A DNA stretch of 64,000 nt from Candidatus Poseidoniaceae archaeon (lineage in GTDB: Archaea > Thermoplasmatota > Poseidoniia > Poseidoniales > Poseidoniaceae), in contig CASIAI010000005.1 in NCBI GenBank assembly GCA_949372655.1, forward strand, positions 3,626 through 67,625, read 5' to 3'. Shown here in pieces: positions 47,997 to 58,319 of the stretch. Position 1 is the stretch's first letter; each line of letters begins with the position of its first letter. Both the position numbers and the translations under genes were made by a program. The notes beneath the pieces were generated by a model. It had not been told where the DNA came from and did not search any database. It worked only from the letters and a program-made list of their open reading frames with translations.

Positions 47997-48302
47997 ATGG
48001 CCGCAGGATATCGGGGAGTGATTTTACTGGTGGCAGCAGGCCTTATTGTATCCTCAATCATACTAGCGAGCATAGATGAAAATATCTCTAGTATTCTCAT
48101 ATTTACAACAATATTATCCTCAGCTATTATTATTCTTTACTGGAAACTATTCAATTCCGAAATAGAGCATGATAGTATAGAATCATCATCACCAATCGCT
48201 ATTGAAAGTAATATCGGTAAGTCTTCTTTGAAAGAAGTATCATTACTAAAAAGTGAAGTTCCTGACCCTCTCGAGCAGGATTTTGACATTCCCTTGATGT
48301 GA
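47997..48302 (+). CDS. Small two-TM membrane protein with acidic tail
   Basis: Two hydrophobic segments, then a S/E-rich tail ending PDPLEQDFDIPLM. Confidence 0.7.
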   Translation: MAAGYRGVILLVAAGLIVSSIILASIDENISSILIFTTILSSAIIILYWKLFNSEIEHDSIESSSPIAIESNIGKSSLKEVSLLKSEVPDPLEQDFDIPLM

Positions 48303-50207
48303 TCAAAGTAATCTAATAGTTTCCAAATTCTTTGGGGCATAAGTACGACACTTATACCTCTCACGAAGTGTATGTCCAAGTTCGTTGCACTTGTGGTAGT
48401 CACCGTGATGACAAATAATGTTCTTTGGCTTTGGATGTAATTGGTCTACAAAGTCCAGTAATTGTCGCCTATCAGAGTGACCTGAAAATCCATCAATTGT
48501 TACCATTTCACAACCAACCTTTACGATTTCAGTTTTTCCATTAATTATCATTGGTACTTCGCCAAACCCTTTTTGTAATCTCCTTCCAAGTGTTCCTTCC
48601 GCTTGATAACCAACAAAACATAGTGAGTTTCTTTCCTCATGTGCCCAGTTTTTGAAATATTCCATCACAGGTCCTCCATTCAACATTCCAGAAGTTGCTA
48701 GAACAATACATGGTGAAGTATCCATAATTATACTTTCACGAAGTTCACGACCCTTAACAGGTCTAAACCATTCACTTGTAAATGGGTTCTCTCCATCATC
48801 TTGAAGTAAAGATTTTCTAAGACTACTAGTCAGATAATCAGGATGAGATGAGTGAATTGCAGTTGCTTCTTGAATCATACCATCAAGCCAAACTGGTACT
48901 GGTTTTACAGTACCTGACCTGAATAATTCATCTATAGCAATCATAACTTCTTGACTTCTACCAACAGCGAAAACAGGACAAATCATCTTGCCGCCTCTTT
49001 GGAGAGTTCGAGTGACGATGTCTTGTAATTCTTGATTTGCTTCTTGCCTTGATGGTTGATAGTCACCAGATGCACCATAGGTTGATTCAATTACTAATGT
49101 TTCCACCTTAGGGAATCTAGTATTTGCAGCATCAAACAACCATGATTTCTCATACTTTTGGTCGCCACTAAATACGATGTTATGCTTACCTTCACCAATG
49201 TGTAAATGAACCGCTGAAGAACCAAGAATATGACCCGCATTAGAGAATGTCAACTTAATATCGGGAGAAATATCTGTTGTTTCGCCCCAATCAACATCCA
49301 CTACGTGCTTCATACAAGTACGGATATCTTCCATATCATATGGTGGACTTCTTCCTTCTGCACCACTGACCTTGATGTAGTCCGCTTGTAAGAGTAACAT
49401 TAGGTCACGAGTTGGTGGGGTACAATATACTGGACCTCTATATCCATATTTGAACAGAACTGGTAACATTCCTGCATGGTCAAGGTGAGAGTGTGTCAAT
49501 ACTACTGCATCGAGTTTCTCTAAAGGAAGTGCTTCAGGAGCTGTAAAGAACGGCATTGGGTCTGTATCAGATGCAATATTCACTCCAACATCAATCATAA
49601 CACGTGACTCATTCGTGGTAACAAAGTGACAGGCACGACCTACTTCTCTGTATGAACCCAGTGCTGTTACTCTGGCCCATGATGTACCTGGACGGGTTGG
49701 TCTGTGCATACTAAGTCCGAAATCCTTCAGTAATTTACGGCGTTCATCTGCGTTAGCACTACGGTAACCTCTGATATCATGAACAGTCTTCGAAAAGATA
49801 GGTGGAGTTCTTTCGACTATAGGGATCCAACCTGTTTTATCTCTAATCTCAGCGACGTTTGCGCCTCTGCGACCTACAGCATCTCCAGGGTTTTGGCATT
49901 GGATGATTACTTCACTGAAACATCCATCGAAGTAAATCTGAGTTAATTCAGCACTTTCTGGTATTAAAGATTCTATGATTGCTTTTGCATCAAGTTCAGG
50001 TTTGACAATGGACTTATCTGGACGTACCTTTATTTTTCTACGAACTTTCTTAGCGATTTTTCCAACTAAACCGTCACCGCCACCAAACTTCATCGGCTCA
50101 GTAGTAACTATTGCAATGTTACCTGCTTCCAACTCCACAGAGTATTCAATCGATTTAGGCACTATCTTTGATATTTCATCTTTTATTTCTTTAAATGTAA
50201 GGCGCAT
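48303..50207 (-). CDS. Beta-CASP ribonuclease aCPSF1 (FttA) with N-terminal KH domains
   Basis: KH GDAVGRRGA, EVGRAC, THSHLDHAG, AGHILGS, ESTYG, SGML, VGYQAEGT, FSGHSD, HG. Confidence 0.95.
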   Translation of the reverse strand: MRLTFKEIKDEISKIVPKSIEYSVELEAGNIAIVTTEPMKFGGGDGLVGKIAKKVRRKIKVRPDKSIVKPELDAKAIIESLIPESAELTQIYFDGCFSEVIIQCQNPGDAVGRRGANVAEIRDKTGWIPIVERTPPIFSKTVHDIRGYRSANADERRKLLKDFGLSMHRPTRPGTSWARVTALGSYREVGRACHFVTTNESRVMIDVGVNIASDTDPMPFFTAPEALPLEKLDAVVLTHSHLDHAGMLPVLFKYGYRGPVYCTPPTRDLMLLLQADYIKVSGAEGRSPPYDMEDIRTCMKHVVDVDWGETTDISPDIKLTFSNAGHILGSSAVHLHIGEGKHNIVFSGDQKYEKSWLFDAANTRFPKVETLVIESTYGASGDYQPSRQEANQELQDIVTRTLQRGGKMICPVFAVGRSQEVMIAIDELFRSGTVKPVPVWLDGMIQEATAIHSSHPDYLTSSLRKSLLQDDGENPFTSEWFRPVKGRELRESIIMDTSPCIVLATSGMLNGGPVMEYFKNWAHEERNSLCFVGYQAEGTLGRRLQKGFGEVPMIINGKTEIVKVGCEMVTIDGFSGHSDRRQLLDFVDQLHPKPKNIICHHGDYHKCNELGHTLRERYKCRTYAPKNLETIRLL

Positions 50208-50280
50208 ATTCAAACCTCTACTCCGCAACTTCAGTAACAGTGTGTACTCGACACAATGCAGCGAACTGCGGAAATAATAC

Positions 50281-50904
50281 TCAAGAAAGTAGTTTCTTGA
50301 TTTGTTCTTGGGAGACTTCGACGTAACCATCTTTAGCGGTGATTACTGCCAAATCCATTCCATTGCCGGAGGCGGCATCACGCTGCCCCGATGCGTGAAG
50401 GGAGCGGGCTGCGAGTTTCAATGCTTCGGTCTCGGTCATGTTATCTCTAAAGCCATCTTCAAGGACACCATACATGTAAGGGGAACCAGAACCTGTAGCA
50501 CAATATGTATCTGGAATTGAACCACCGGCAGAATCGATAGAGTATACATGGCCGCCATCAGCGTCGACACCTACGATCAATAATTGAACCCAATGTGGTT
50601 TCCCACCAAGAATATTAGCAGTTAGTGTAGCTGCCCCTTTGACAGTCATAGGTTGCTGCCTTCTTAGTTCAAATAGAGCAACTTCTGCAGTTAGAGTGCG
50701 CGAAAGTGATTGTGCATGACCTACTAATCCAGCAGTAGTCAAAGCCAAATTTTCACCTATCTTGAATAACTTTTGAACACTTTTGTTAGCGATGAAGTGA
50801 CCCATGGTAGCTCTATGGTCAGCACCAACAACCACTCCTCCTTTGAAAGTTATACCAATAGTACTGGTTCCAGTCTTGACAACATTTGCTTCTGCATTCA
50901 TCAT
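50281..50904 (-). CDS. psmB: Proteasome subunit beta
   Basis: Propeptide ends KTG|TSTIG; ADHRAT, KLFKI, ATGSGS, RDAASG; SD GAGGAG; adjacent to aCPSF1 as in many archaea. Confidence 0.95.
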   Translation of the reverse strand: MMNAEANVVKTGTSTIGITFKGGVVVGADHRATMGHFIANKSVQKLFKIGENLALTTAGLVGHAQSLSRTLTAEVALFELRRQQPMTVKGAATLTANILGGKPHWVQLLIVGVDADGGHVYSIDSAGGSIPDTYCATGSGSPYMYGVLEDGFRDNMTETEALKLAARSLHASGQRDAASGNGMDLAVITAKDGYVEVSQEQIKKLLS

Positions 50905-51067
50905 ATCTCCTCGCTGTGGTCGACACCTATTGAACATTGGTGCGATACTCCCTATCCTTGATTGTATTTCAACCTCACGAACTGGCGTCATCGCCCAAGT
51001 ACCAAAATAGGTACTAAGTAGATTTTTCAATGCGAGTATTATTGAAGCGTTACCTTCAGGGAGTAAT

Positions 51068-51652
51068 ATGAGGAGGAAAAGGAGTGCCGATAAAGATGAT
51101 TCTCAGTCTTCCTTGGATGCCTTTTCTCGCGCAAGTATACCTGAGATGCCAGACCTAGACAGTCTTGCAAAAGCAGATGAGATTCTCAAGAAAGAGCAAA
51201 TAGTTGAGTCCGATGACGAAACTGAAGGCCTGAATACTTTCGAAATGCCGAGTATGTCACCTACCAAAGAAAAGGCAGCGGCACCTAGTGGCTTGGTTTA
51301 CCATGACCTAGGGAAAATGTATCCAAATCCGCCAATTGAAGATACTAATTCTGGTTTAGTAGTTCATAGAGCGGTACTAAACGATATCACTGGATGCTCA
51401 ACATTACTAAACTGGCTGTCAGAAGGTCATGCTGCGATAGTGGAGATGAATAGATTAGTCAAGCGAGAGACTGAGTTTTCTTCCGCATTAAGCCAACTCC
51501 ACAAATTCATAGAAGGAGACCTCGGTGGTCAAATAATTCAAATCACCGATAGTAGACTTATGCTCCTACCTCCCGGCTGCCGTGGTCTAAAGGGTGTCGA
51601 AATGGAAGCATTTGCTGCAAGTGCAGAAGAACTTGGCAGGCGAAGGTTATGA
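51068..51652 (+). CDS. sepF: Archaeal SepF-like protein with long disordered N-terminus
   Basis: C-terminal domain LNDITG...LSEGHAAIVEM...LHKFIEGDLGGQIIQITDSRLMLLPPG fits the SepF pattern; ATGA-coupled to ZPR1. Confidence 0.65.
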   Translation: MRRKRSADKDDSQSSLDAFSRASIPEMPDLDSLAKADEILKKEQIVESDDETEGLNTFEMPSMSPTKEKAAAPSGLVYHDLGKMYPNPPIEDTNSGLVVHRAVLNDITGCSTLLNWLSEGHAAIVEMNRLVKRETEFSSALSQLHKFIEGDLGGQIIQITDSRLMLLPPGCRGLKGVEMEAFAASAEELGRRRL

Positions 51653-52248
51653 TTGAAGAGCAAGCAGTTGATATCCCATGCCCTGTTTGTTTCCGAACCG
51701 GTGAAGTGAATATGATCGCTCATGTAAGCGAGATTCCATACTTTGGAGAGCATACTCAAGTGACTGTAATGTGCCATGCCTGTGGTTGGCGACAAACCGA
51801 TTTCATACCAGCAGAAGGAAAGAAAGCAGGAGGTTGGTCTCTAGTACTAGATAATCAAGACCAACTTACATCAAGAATTGTTCGTTCATCTTCTTGCACG
51901 ATTAGAATATTAGAATTAGATTTGCAAGTCAATCCTGGAAGTAGTTCTACTGGATATGTTTCGAATGTAGAAGGAGTCATGAATAGATTTACTCAAATTA
52001 TAGAAATGGTACTTGGAGATTTGTCTAATGAAGAAAATCCAAAAGATATTGCCAAATTAGAATTGATGAAAAATCAAATTGCCAATATAGGAAAGGATAA
52101 ACAGGTAAAGTTGACTTTAGAATTACTTGACCCACATGGTCATTCGATGATAATAGACAAAAATGCCATTGAAAGAGACTTAACCGATGAAGAATTACAA
52201 GAGTTGCCGGTTGGACCAGACCCTGCCGTATTCTCTAATGATGATTAA
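51649..52248 (+). CDS. ZPR1 zinc-finger domain protein
   Basis: CPVC, EIPYFGE, CHACGWR, IVRSS, SNVEGV, LDPHGHS. Confidence 0.93.
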   Translation: MIEEQAVDIPCPVCFRTGEVNMIAHVSEIPYFGEHTQVTVMCHACGWRQTDFIPAEGKKAGGWSLVLDNQDQLTSRIVRSSSCTIRILELDLQVNPGSSSTGYVSNVEGVMNRFTQIIEMVLGDLSNEENPKDIAKLELMKNQIANIGKDKQVKLTLELLDPHGHSMIIDKNAIERDLTDEELQELPVGPDPAVFSNDD

Positions 52249-53630
52249 ATGGCATCCGATGCAAGAAAGTCTTTGACTAGATGTTCACTTTGGTCCCTTT
52301 TTTCATGTAATTCTGAAAGCCATTCTGTAGCCCTATCGACACATAATTGCTTCATCTCTCCCGCCAATATCTTACCGGCTCGATAATCTGAGTTTATCGA
52401 TTGTAAGAATTCATCATCATCTTCAAAAAAGTACATCATATATTGGTATGCAACATCAACATCAGGATTCCCTCCCAGCCTTCTATGCTCTTCAACAGTA
52501 GACTGTCCTCCCGAATAAGCACGCTTTATTTTTTTACCGATCACATCAATATCATCGCCCAAAAATATAGTTGTCTTTGGTTTACTACTACTCATTTTAT
52601 CGCCAGTCAAGCCAACTGCAAAGTGATGATAAGTCGAAGATGGCGCCAAAAGACCCATCCCCCCTAGTTCTCGTTCATACTCGAGTAATTTTGTTCTAAT
52701 TCTAATTTTATCTTTTGATGTGGCTCCAGGAATATTTACTGTACCGTGTTTAGGATTTGAGATTATATCTGAATATCCAATTGAACTCAAGCGTGAAACT
52801 ATTCCTTCAAAGATAGAATTTAATTTTTGTTTATCGACTCTACCATTGGGCTGTTGACCAAGTATTTCGGCATTATCTTCTTGAATTGAAAGACCGATTA
52901 CCACTCCTGATTTCTTTCCATCATTGACATTGAACCAATTTGTTTTAGCAGCTAAACCTCTTGTAAGTCTAAGATGAGGGTCTTGGTCAACCCCAACTGG
53001 AACTACAATCGGACGTAATCCCCCATAATCTTCAGTTTGTGGATGTAAGATATCGCCTACTTGTACCATTGGTGCTTGAACATGCGCCAAATTAGTCTCT
53101 CCTGAGAAGCCATAAATAGATTCGAATTCATTCAAATTAGTTCGCTTTCCAAGTTGAAATCCTAGGCGTTGAACTATTGGCCGACTGGATTGAAAATAAA
53201 CTTGGGTTTTTTCAGGGTCTAGGCCTAAAGCAGCATAATTCGAGATATATTCAGACAGTGCAATTTCTCTACCTTTGGAAAGTGAGACTCCACGTGTTGC
53301 TTGACTCTCTAGGTCAGCAACCGCAATAGTGACGTCTCCACCTTGTTTTTGGAACCATTTTACTTGTTCTATGACCATTGAGTGACCCATGTGCATTTTT
53401 CCACTTGGCATTAGACCGGTAAGAACACCAAAAGGTTCTCCATTATTTTTAGCATCTAGGACGACATCTAAGTCTCTATGTGCAAAAACAATTCCTCTTC
53501 GGTGAAGTTTTGATGGGTCATTCATCTGAATGTGATCCATAGAAGAAAGTCCGAATTGTTCGATGATCCGAGAATAATCTGTTGATTGATTACTACTCCA
53601 AGGGTCAATCTGAACATCTCCCTCTCCCAT
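52245..53630 (-). CDS. trpS: Tryptophan--tRNA ligase (archaeal type, with about 100-aa insertion)
   Basis: TGLMPSGKMHMGH (HIGH), QVGDIL, VGVDQDPHLRL, KMSSS, GGNPDVDV. Confidence 0.95.
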   Translation of the reverse strand: MGEGDVQIDPWSSNQSTDYSRIIEQFGLSSMDHIQMNDPSKLHRRGIVFAHRDLDVVLDAKNNGEPFGVLTGLMPSGKMHMGHSMVIEQVKWFQKQGGDVTIAVADLESQATRGVSLSKGREIALSEYISNYAALGLDPEKTQVYFQSSRPIVQRLGFQLGKRTNLNEFESIYGFSGETNLAHVQAPMVQVGDILHPQTEDYGGLRPIVVPVGVDQDPHLRLTRGLAAKTNWFNVNDGKKSGVVIGLSIQEDNAEILGQQPNGRVDKQKLNSIFEGIVSRLSSIGYSDIISNPKHGTVNIPGATSKDKIRIRTKLLEYERELGGMGLLAPSSTYHHFAVGLTGDKMSSSKPKTTIFLGDDIDVIGKKIKRAYSGGQSTVEEHRRLGGNPDVDVAYQYMMYFFEDDDEFLQSINSDYRAGKILAGEMKQLCVDRATEWLSELHEKRDQSEHLVKDFLASDAI

Positions 53631-53702
53631 AGAATAGCCTCATATCGTGGGTTAACCAATCAGCCATGAAGGCTTCGCTCAATATTGGCGTAAAGTGTCA
53701 AT

Positions 53703-54956
53703 CTATTCGCTCTCACCACGACTATCAAGATAGTTTTTATTTTTAGCGAGTGGACCCAATCCTTCCTTTTTAAGAACTAATAACATGGTAATTACCACTC
53801 CTGCCCCGACTGTAAACGCTACAAAAGGCATCCATGGTGACTTACTCTCTGCAGGTCTTGGAATTACTAACCATGTAAAAACAAGGTTATCTTGGTCTAC
53901 AAATCTCTTTGACCATTTGAATAAATCAGTAGTCTCATGTGCTGCAATTGTAATGGCTGCTGTGTGATTATTCCAAAACTCCGTCATACCCATAATGTCA
54001 TATTCATTACCACTCAAAGTGATATTGACTGTATTTCCGTTAATTATGCTCAAGTGTAGATATTGCCCTTCAATGTGAGAATATCCCTCGGAGGTATGAC
54101 GCATTTTTGTTATATTTTCCATCACTCCACTAGAATCAATTATTGAGATTATACTGGAGTCTTGAATATCCAAAGACCATGTGAGAGGAAGGTTCCATCT
54201 TTGCGGATTAATATTAGAGCACTGTTCAGTGACTAGTGATTCAAATGACAAAACATAATCACCACCTACCTGAGTCATGGAATGGTCTAATTGATAGCAT
54301 TTACTTGCACTCCAATAAGACCATGCTTGGCCCCAAGTAGTCAACCATGCCTCTGCTTCATCACTGATATACTGCTCAATATCTTTGTCATGTCTTATTG
54401 TAGCCTCATTAACTCTACCAATCCAGTAAAGGTTGACTAAACCACCTTCATTTACTGCATTTTCAACCTGTTCTTTAGAGCCAATAATCTGTTCAAGACT
54501 ACCACCCCTTCTACCTAGGTTATACCAATCTAGCATATCGGTGGGAGTATCATTTGAGGAATGCCACGCTGTATCCTCTAAGTCGGTATTATCGCCATGA
54601 ATCATGAAACCATTTGCTGCAATTATACTATGTTGGTATTGTGTCAATGAATCAGGAGTGAATGTCGAAATAGGATTTTCACCCCAACGGTTAGCATTGA
54701 TTCTTTTTTCGATATATTCTCGACATTCAAGGGCCACAGCACCAGGGTCGGCCTTCCAAGATATACCTTCCATACCATAACATCCAAATTCATCACCATT
54801 TTCCAATCTCTCTTGGGCCAATGAGGTTTTCAGCCAACCATCTTCATCCCAGTTAGATTGTGCCATGACGGTTGGAGAGGATATTATTGAAAACAATAAA
54901 AATACAATAAGTACAGTAAGAGAGCGAGCAAAATAACTGGAGTATTGCTCGCTCAT
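53703..54956 (-). CDS. Hypothetical secreted protein with C-terminal TM anchor
   Basis: Signal-like N-terminus, Trp/Asp-rich body, C-terminal TM followed by KK. Confidence 0.75.
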   Translation of the reverse strand: MSEQYSSYFARSLTVLIVFLLFSIISSPTVMAQSNWDEDGWLKTSLAQERLENGDEFGCYGMEGISWKADPGAVALECREYIEKRINANRWGENPISTFTPDSLTQYQHSIIAANGFMIHGDNTDLEDTAWHSSNDTPTDMLDWYNLGRRGGSLEQIIGSKEQVENAVNEGGLVNLYWIGRVNEATIRHDKDIEQYISDEAEAWLTTWGQAWSYWSASKCYQLDHSMTQVGGDYVLSFESLVTEQCSNINPQRWNLPLTWSLDIQDSSIISIIDSSGVMENITKMRHTSEGYSHIEGQYLHLSIINGNTVNITLSGNEYDIMGMTEFWNNHTAAITIAAHETTDLFKWSKRFVDQDNLVFTWLVIPRPAESKSPWMPFVAFTVGAGVVITMLLVLKKEGLGPLAKNKNYLDSRGESE

Positions 54957-55082
54957 GTCATCCGCTTAATCAAATGCGATTTGAAATTTCGTATTCGATT
55001 AAGATACATAACCTCGTAAAACCCAATTTTATAGGTTCAATCAGTGGCAATTATCAAAGGCTATTGTTTTTCAGTTGATAAT

Positions 55083-55868
55083 ATGCCAGATTCATCAGAT
55101 GTCGAGATGGCATGGAATGAACTGAAGGAACATTGGTATATTGAGCCTTATAATGGTCAAATGCCAAGTACACCCGGTTACTCCTTTATTCGCTTCATTT
55201 TCTCACCACTTATCAGAGGAATCACTCGGATTCGTGCAACAGGGCTCAATAATATTCCCAGTAAAGGGCCAACGATTTTAGCGGCTAACCACCTTTCACA
55301 TGTAGACCCTGTCCTCATTATCACTACTTCACGAAGAAAAGCTCACTATCTAGCAAAGGATGGGCACTTCAAAAATTTCTGGCTTAGACAGTTTATGAAA
55401 ATGACTGGTCAAATCAAGACTAATCGCGAAGAAGGCGGAGATCAAGCATTATCATCTGCTGCTGACGTATTATCTGCACGAAGTGCTTTAGGTATATTCC
55501 CAGAAGGAACTCGGTCAAAGAGAACTGAAGCGCCTTTACTATTGCCTGGTAAAACAGGAGTTGCTAGACTTGCTGCATCCTATCCAGAAGCAGTAGTGAT
55601 ACCTATTTCACTAAATGGAACTAGAGACATGATGGCACCACAGAAGCATAAATTACCTCGATTTTGGAAACCTTTGGAAGTCAATATTGGGAAAGGAATA
55701 ACTTGGCTTGAATGGTTGAAAGACCCTAAAGGTGGAAATACCAACGCCGAAGACCTTAGGGCGTTTAAAGAATTAGAAGAGCATGAAATAAAGTCTAGGC
55801 TTGCCCCGCTCTATAGAAAGTTCACAGACCAGTTGATGGCGTCAATTAAACACCTTGGTGCTCCATAA
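55083..55868 (+). CDS. plsC: Lysophospholipid / 1-acyl-sn-glycerol-3-phosphate acyltransferase (PlsC family)
   Basis: AANHLSHVDP (HX4D), YLAK, GIFPEGTRS, TGVARLA, VIPI. Confidence 0.9.
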   Translation: MPDSSDVEMAWNELKEHWYIEPYNGQMPSTPGYSFIRFIFSPLIRGITRIRATGLNNIPSKGPTILAANHLSHVDPVLIITTSRRKAHYLAKDGHFKNFWLRQFMKMTGQIKTNREEGGDQALSSAADVLSARSALGIFPEGTRSKRTEAPLLLPGKTGVARLAASYPEAVVIPISLNGTRDMMAPQKHKLPRFWKPLEVNIGKGITWLEWLKDPKGGNTNAEDLRAFKELEEHEIKSRLAPLYRKFTDQLMASIKHLGAP

Positions 55869-55897
55869 TTAATATATGGTGGAAACGCGAAAACTAT

Positions 55898-56587
55898 GTG
55901 CGTAGCGTTTACACTCCAATGGGGCCTCTAATTCTAGATAGCGTAGTTGATGAAGAAAAGTTATCCGCTGAATTAAGGGGACTAGACTTACTATACGAAA
56001 TCGCTTCTAATTCACCAAATTGGCGTCTCGAGTTATCCAGCACTAGGCCATTTATACGGTCGAATGACGGCTCGCCAGAAGTTCAAATAGATGTATTCAA
56101 TTGTATTTCTAATAAATTAGTCAGAAATAATGACCATCTATCTATAACTATGAGTATGAAGGAAATTTGTGTCATAACAGATTTCGAGTCTAACCAAGAA
56201 ATACCGTCAAGTGATGCTATGATATCATTAATAATGCTAGGAAATTCAGGTTGGCCACCAAGACATACTCCCGAAACATTAGAGCCAAAGTCGATAGGTT
56301 ATTTCCAAGAAAACTGTGATATTAAAGATATTAAATGTTCAAATTTAGATTTCCGAGATTTTGAATCAATAGAAAGATGCAAAGAGCATTCTAAAAATAA
56401 AAGATATCGAGAATGCCTGATCGGTTTAGGGGAACTATCTCGCTACTTGTATGTCTGCAAGATGGTTTCAGTAGAAGGAATTGTAGAATTTATTTCACCT
56501 ATTCTCAAAAGTGTTCCAGCGATTTACCGCTTAGAATACTTGGATAACCCCGAAGAAGAATACGATTCTGTATTCCTAAACTATTAG
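55898..56587 (+). CDS. Hypothetical protein
   Basis: 229-aa ORF co-oriented between plsC and thyA; no recognised motif. Confidence 0.75.
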   Translation: MRSVYTPMGPLILDSVVDEEKLSAELRGLDLLYEIASNSPNWRLELSSTRPFIRSNDGSPEVQIDVFNCISNKLVRNNDHLSITMSMKEICVITDFESNQEIPSSDAMISLIMLGNSGWPPRHTPETLEPKSIGYFQENCDIKDIKCSNLDFRDFESIERCKEHSKNKRYRECLIGLGELSRYLYVCKMVSVEGIVEFISPILKSVPAIYRLEYLDNPEEEYDSVFLNY

Positions 56588-56642
56588 TTTCGCAAAGATA
56601 ACCATCAAGTGCTGTCTACACTAACCTCCAATTGGTGAAACT

Positions 56643-57437
56643 ATGGATGAGTATTTGCGCCTGATAAATCATATTCTTGAGAATGGTGAAGAAAAAGGCG
56701 ATAGAACCGGGACAGGAACTCTTTCGGTTTTTGGATATCAAATGCGGTTTGATTTATCAAAAGGATTCCCTATGGTTACAACAAAAAAGGTTCATCTCAA
56801 GTCAATTATTCATGAATTACTTTGGTTTCTAAAAGGTGATACTAATGTTAAATATCTACAAGATAATGGTGTACGTATTTGGAATGAATGGGCTGATGAA
56901 AATGGTGATTTGGGACCTGTTTACGGAAAACAATGGAGAGATTGGAAGGATAATAATGGCCGTGCAATTGACCAAATTGAGCAAGCGATTGATATGATTA
57001 AGAATAATCCAAATAGCCGAAGAATAATAGTTTCTGCATGGAATGTTGGTGAACTAGATGAAATGGCACTAATGCCATGCCATGCGTTCTTCCAGTTCCA
57101 TGTTGCAAATGGTAAACTCAACTGCCAATTATATCAGAGAAGTGCAGATGTATTCTTGGGAGTTCCTTTCAATATTGCATCTTATGCCATCCTAACACAT
57201 ATGATCGCTCAGATTTGTGGATTAAAAGCTGGAACTTTTGTTCACACTTTAGGCGATGCTCACCTCTACACTAATCACCTCGAGCAAGCAAGACTTCAGG
57301 TTAGTAGAGAGCCTTTACCGCTACCAACTCTAAAGTTGAATCCTAATATTGAAAATATTGATGGATTTAAGTTTGAAGATTTCGAAGTTGTGGATTATCA
57401 ACATCATCCACACATTTCTGCACCAATTGCAATTTGA
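56643..57437 (+). CDS. thyA: Thymidylate synthase (bacterial ThyA type)
   Basis: [60 protein letters not shown]. Confidence 0.97.
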   Translation: MDEYLRLINHILENGEEKGDRTGTGTLSVFGYQMRFDLSKGFPMVTTKKVHLKSIIHELLWFLKGDTNVKYLQDNGVRIWNEWADENGDLGPVYGKQWRDWKDNNGRAIDQIEQAIDMIKNNPNSRRIIVSAWNVGELDEMALMPCHAFFQFHVANGKLNCQLYQRSADVFLGVPFNIASYAILTHMIAQICGLKAGTFVHTLGDAHLYTNHLEQARLQVSREPLPLPTLKLNPNIENIDGFKFEDFEVVDYQHHPHISAPIAI

Positions 57438-57445
57438 GGGATTTT

Positions 57446-57913
57446 ATGATTATTTTTGTTTATGCTTGTGACCTAAAAGGTGCCATTGGTAAAGATGGAG
57501 ACTTACCTTGGAGGCAGTCTACAGACCTCCAACACTTCAAGCGAATCACACTAGGTGGCACCATAGTCATGGGTCGTAAAACATGGGACAGTCTGCCGGG
57601 TAAACTACCGGGAAGGAGAAGTATAGTCATGAGTAGAACTCCAAGAGAAGATATCGAGGTTATGAGTTATCAAGAAATTAAAGATCTGGCTGCTGAGCAA
57701 GATATTTACATAATTGGTGGTGGGGAAATTTATCGACTTTTCATCGAAGATGTAAAAGAATTATATCGCACAATCATACAAACAGAAATCCAAGATGCAG
57801 ATACTTTTGCACCAGACATAGAAGATTTAGGGTTTCATATAATTGGTGAAAGAGTTGTTGAAGCAGGAGATAAAGACCAATACAATATGGTTTTTCAGCA
57901 TTTTATTCGCTAA
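57446..57913 (+). CDS. folA: Dihydrofolate reductase
   Basis: AIGKDGDLPW, DLQHFK, VMGRKTWDSL, LPGR, IIGGGEIY, ADTF. Confidence 0.95.
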   Translation: MIIFVYACDLKGAIGKDGDLPWRQSTDLQHFKRITLGGTIVMGRKTWDSLPGKLPGRRSIVMSRTPREDIEVMSYQEIKDLAAEQDIYIIGGGEIYRLFIEDVKELYRTIIQTEIQDADTFAPDIEDLGFHIIGERVVEAGDKDQYNMVFQHFIR

Positions 57914-58281
57914 TTCTCTGGTTTGTATTCAGTTACTCGAATTCCAAGTCTACCTGTCAAGGCTTCACGTTTCATGATTCTGGCAAACTTCTTTTCAAAT
58001 GCTGATTTCAAGTCAATATTCATCGCTAAGGAATGTCCCATAAGTAATATCAAAATATCTGCCATCTCTTCAGCACACTCTTCAAGGGGTTTCCCTTTGG
58101 TTACCGCTGCGGATAACTCTCCAAGTTCTTCGACTGTTAATGCGATTCTGTATCCCATATCATGGCCATTCTTAGATTCAAAGTCGTGCTTATGATGAAA
58201 AGAGGCAACCTTTTTCATCATTGTTTCCCATTCATTAGTTGATTCAAAATCCATCCATTGATGTACATTCTTCCCTTCCAT
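57910..58281 (-). CDS. MazG-like NTP pyrophosphohydrolase
   Basis: TVEELGELSAAV and AEEMADIL (EXXE...EXXD). Confidence 0.88.
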   Translation of the reverse strand: MEGKNVHQWMDFESTNEWETMMKKVASFHHKHDFESKNGHDMGYRIALTVEELGELSAAVTKGKPLEECAEEMADILILLMGHSLAMNIDLKSAFEKKFARIMKREALTGRLGIRVTEYKPEN

Positions 58282-58319
58282 AACTTCGATTATGCTCGAA
58301 AGGAAATAGAACTTGTGAT

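Noticed and set aside
50970-51000. GGCG-ATGA-CGCC hairpin as a possible C/D box sRNA
   Set aside because: The C box is non-canonical and no properly placed CUGA D box was found.
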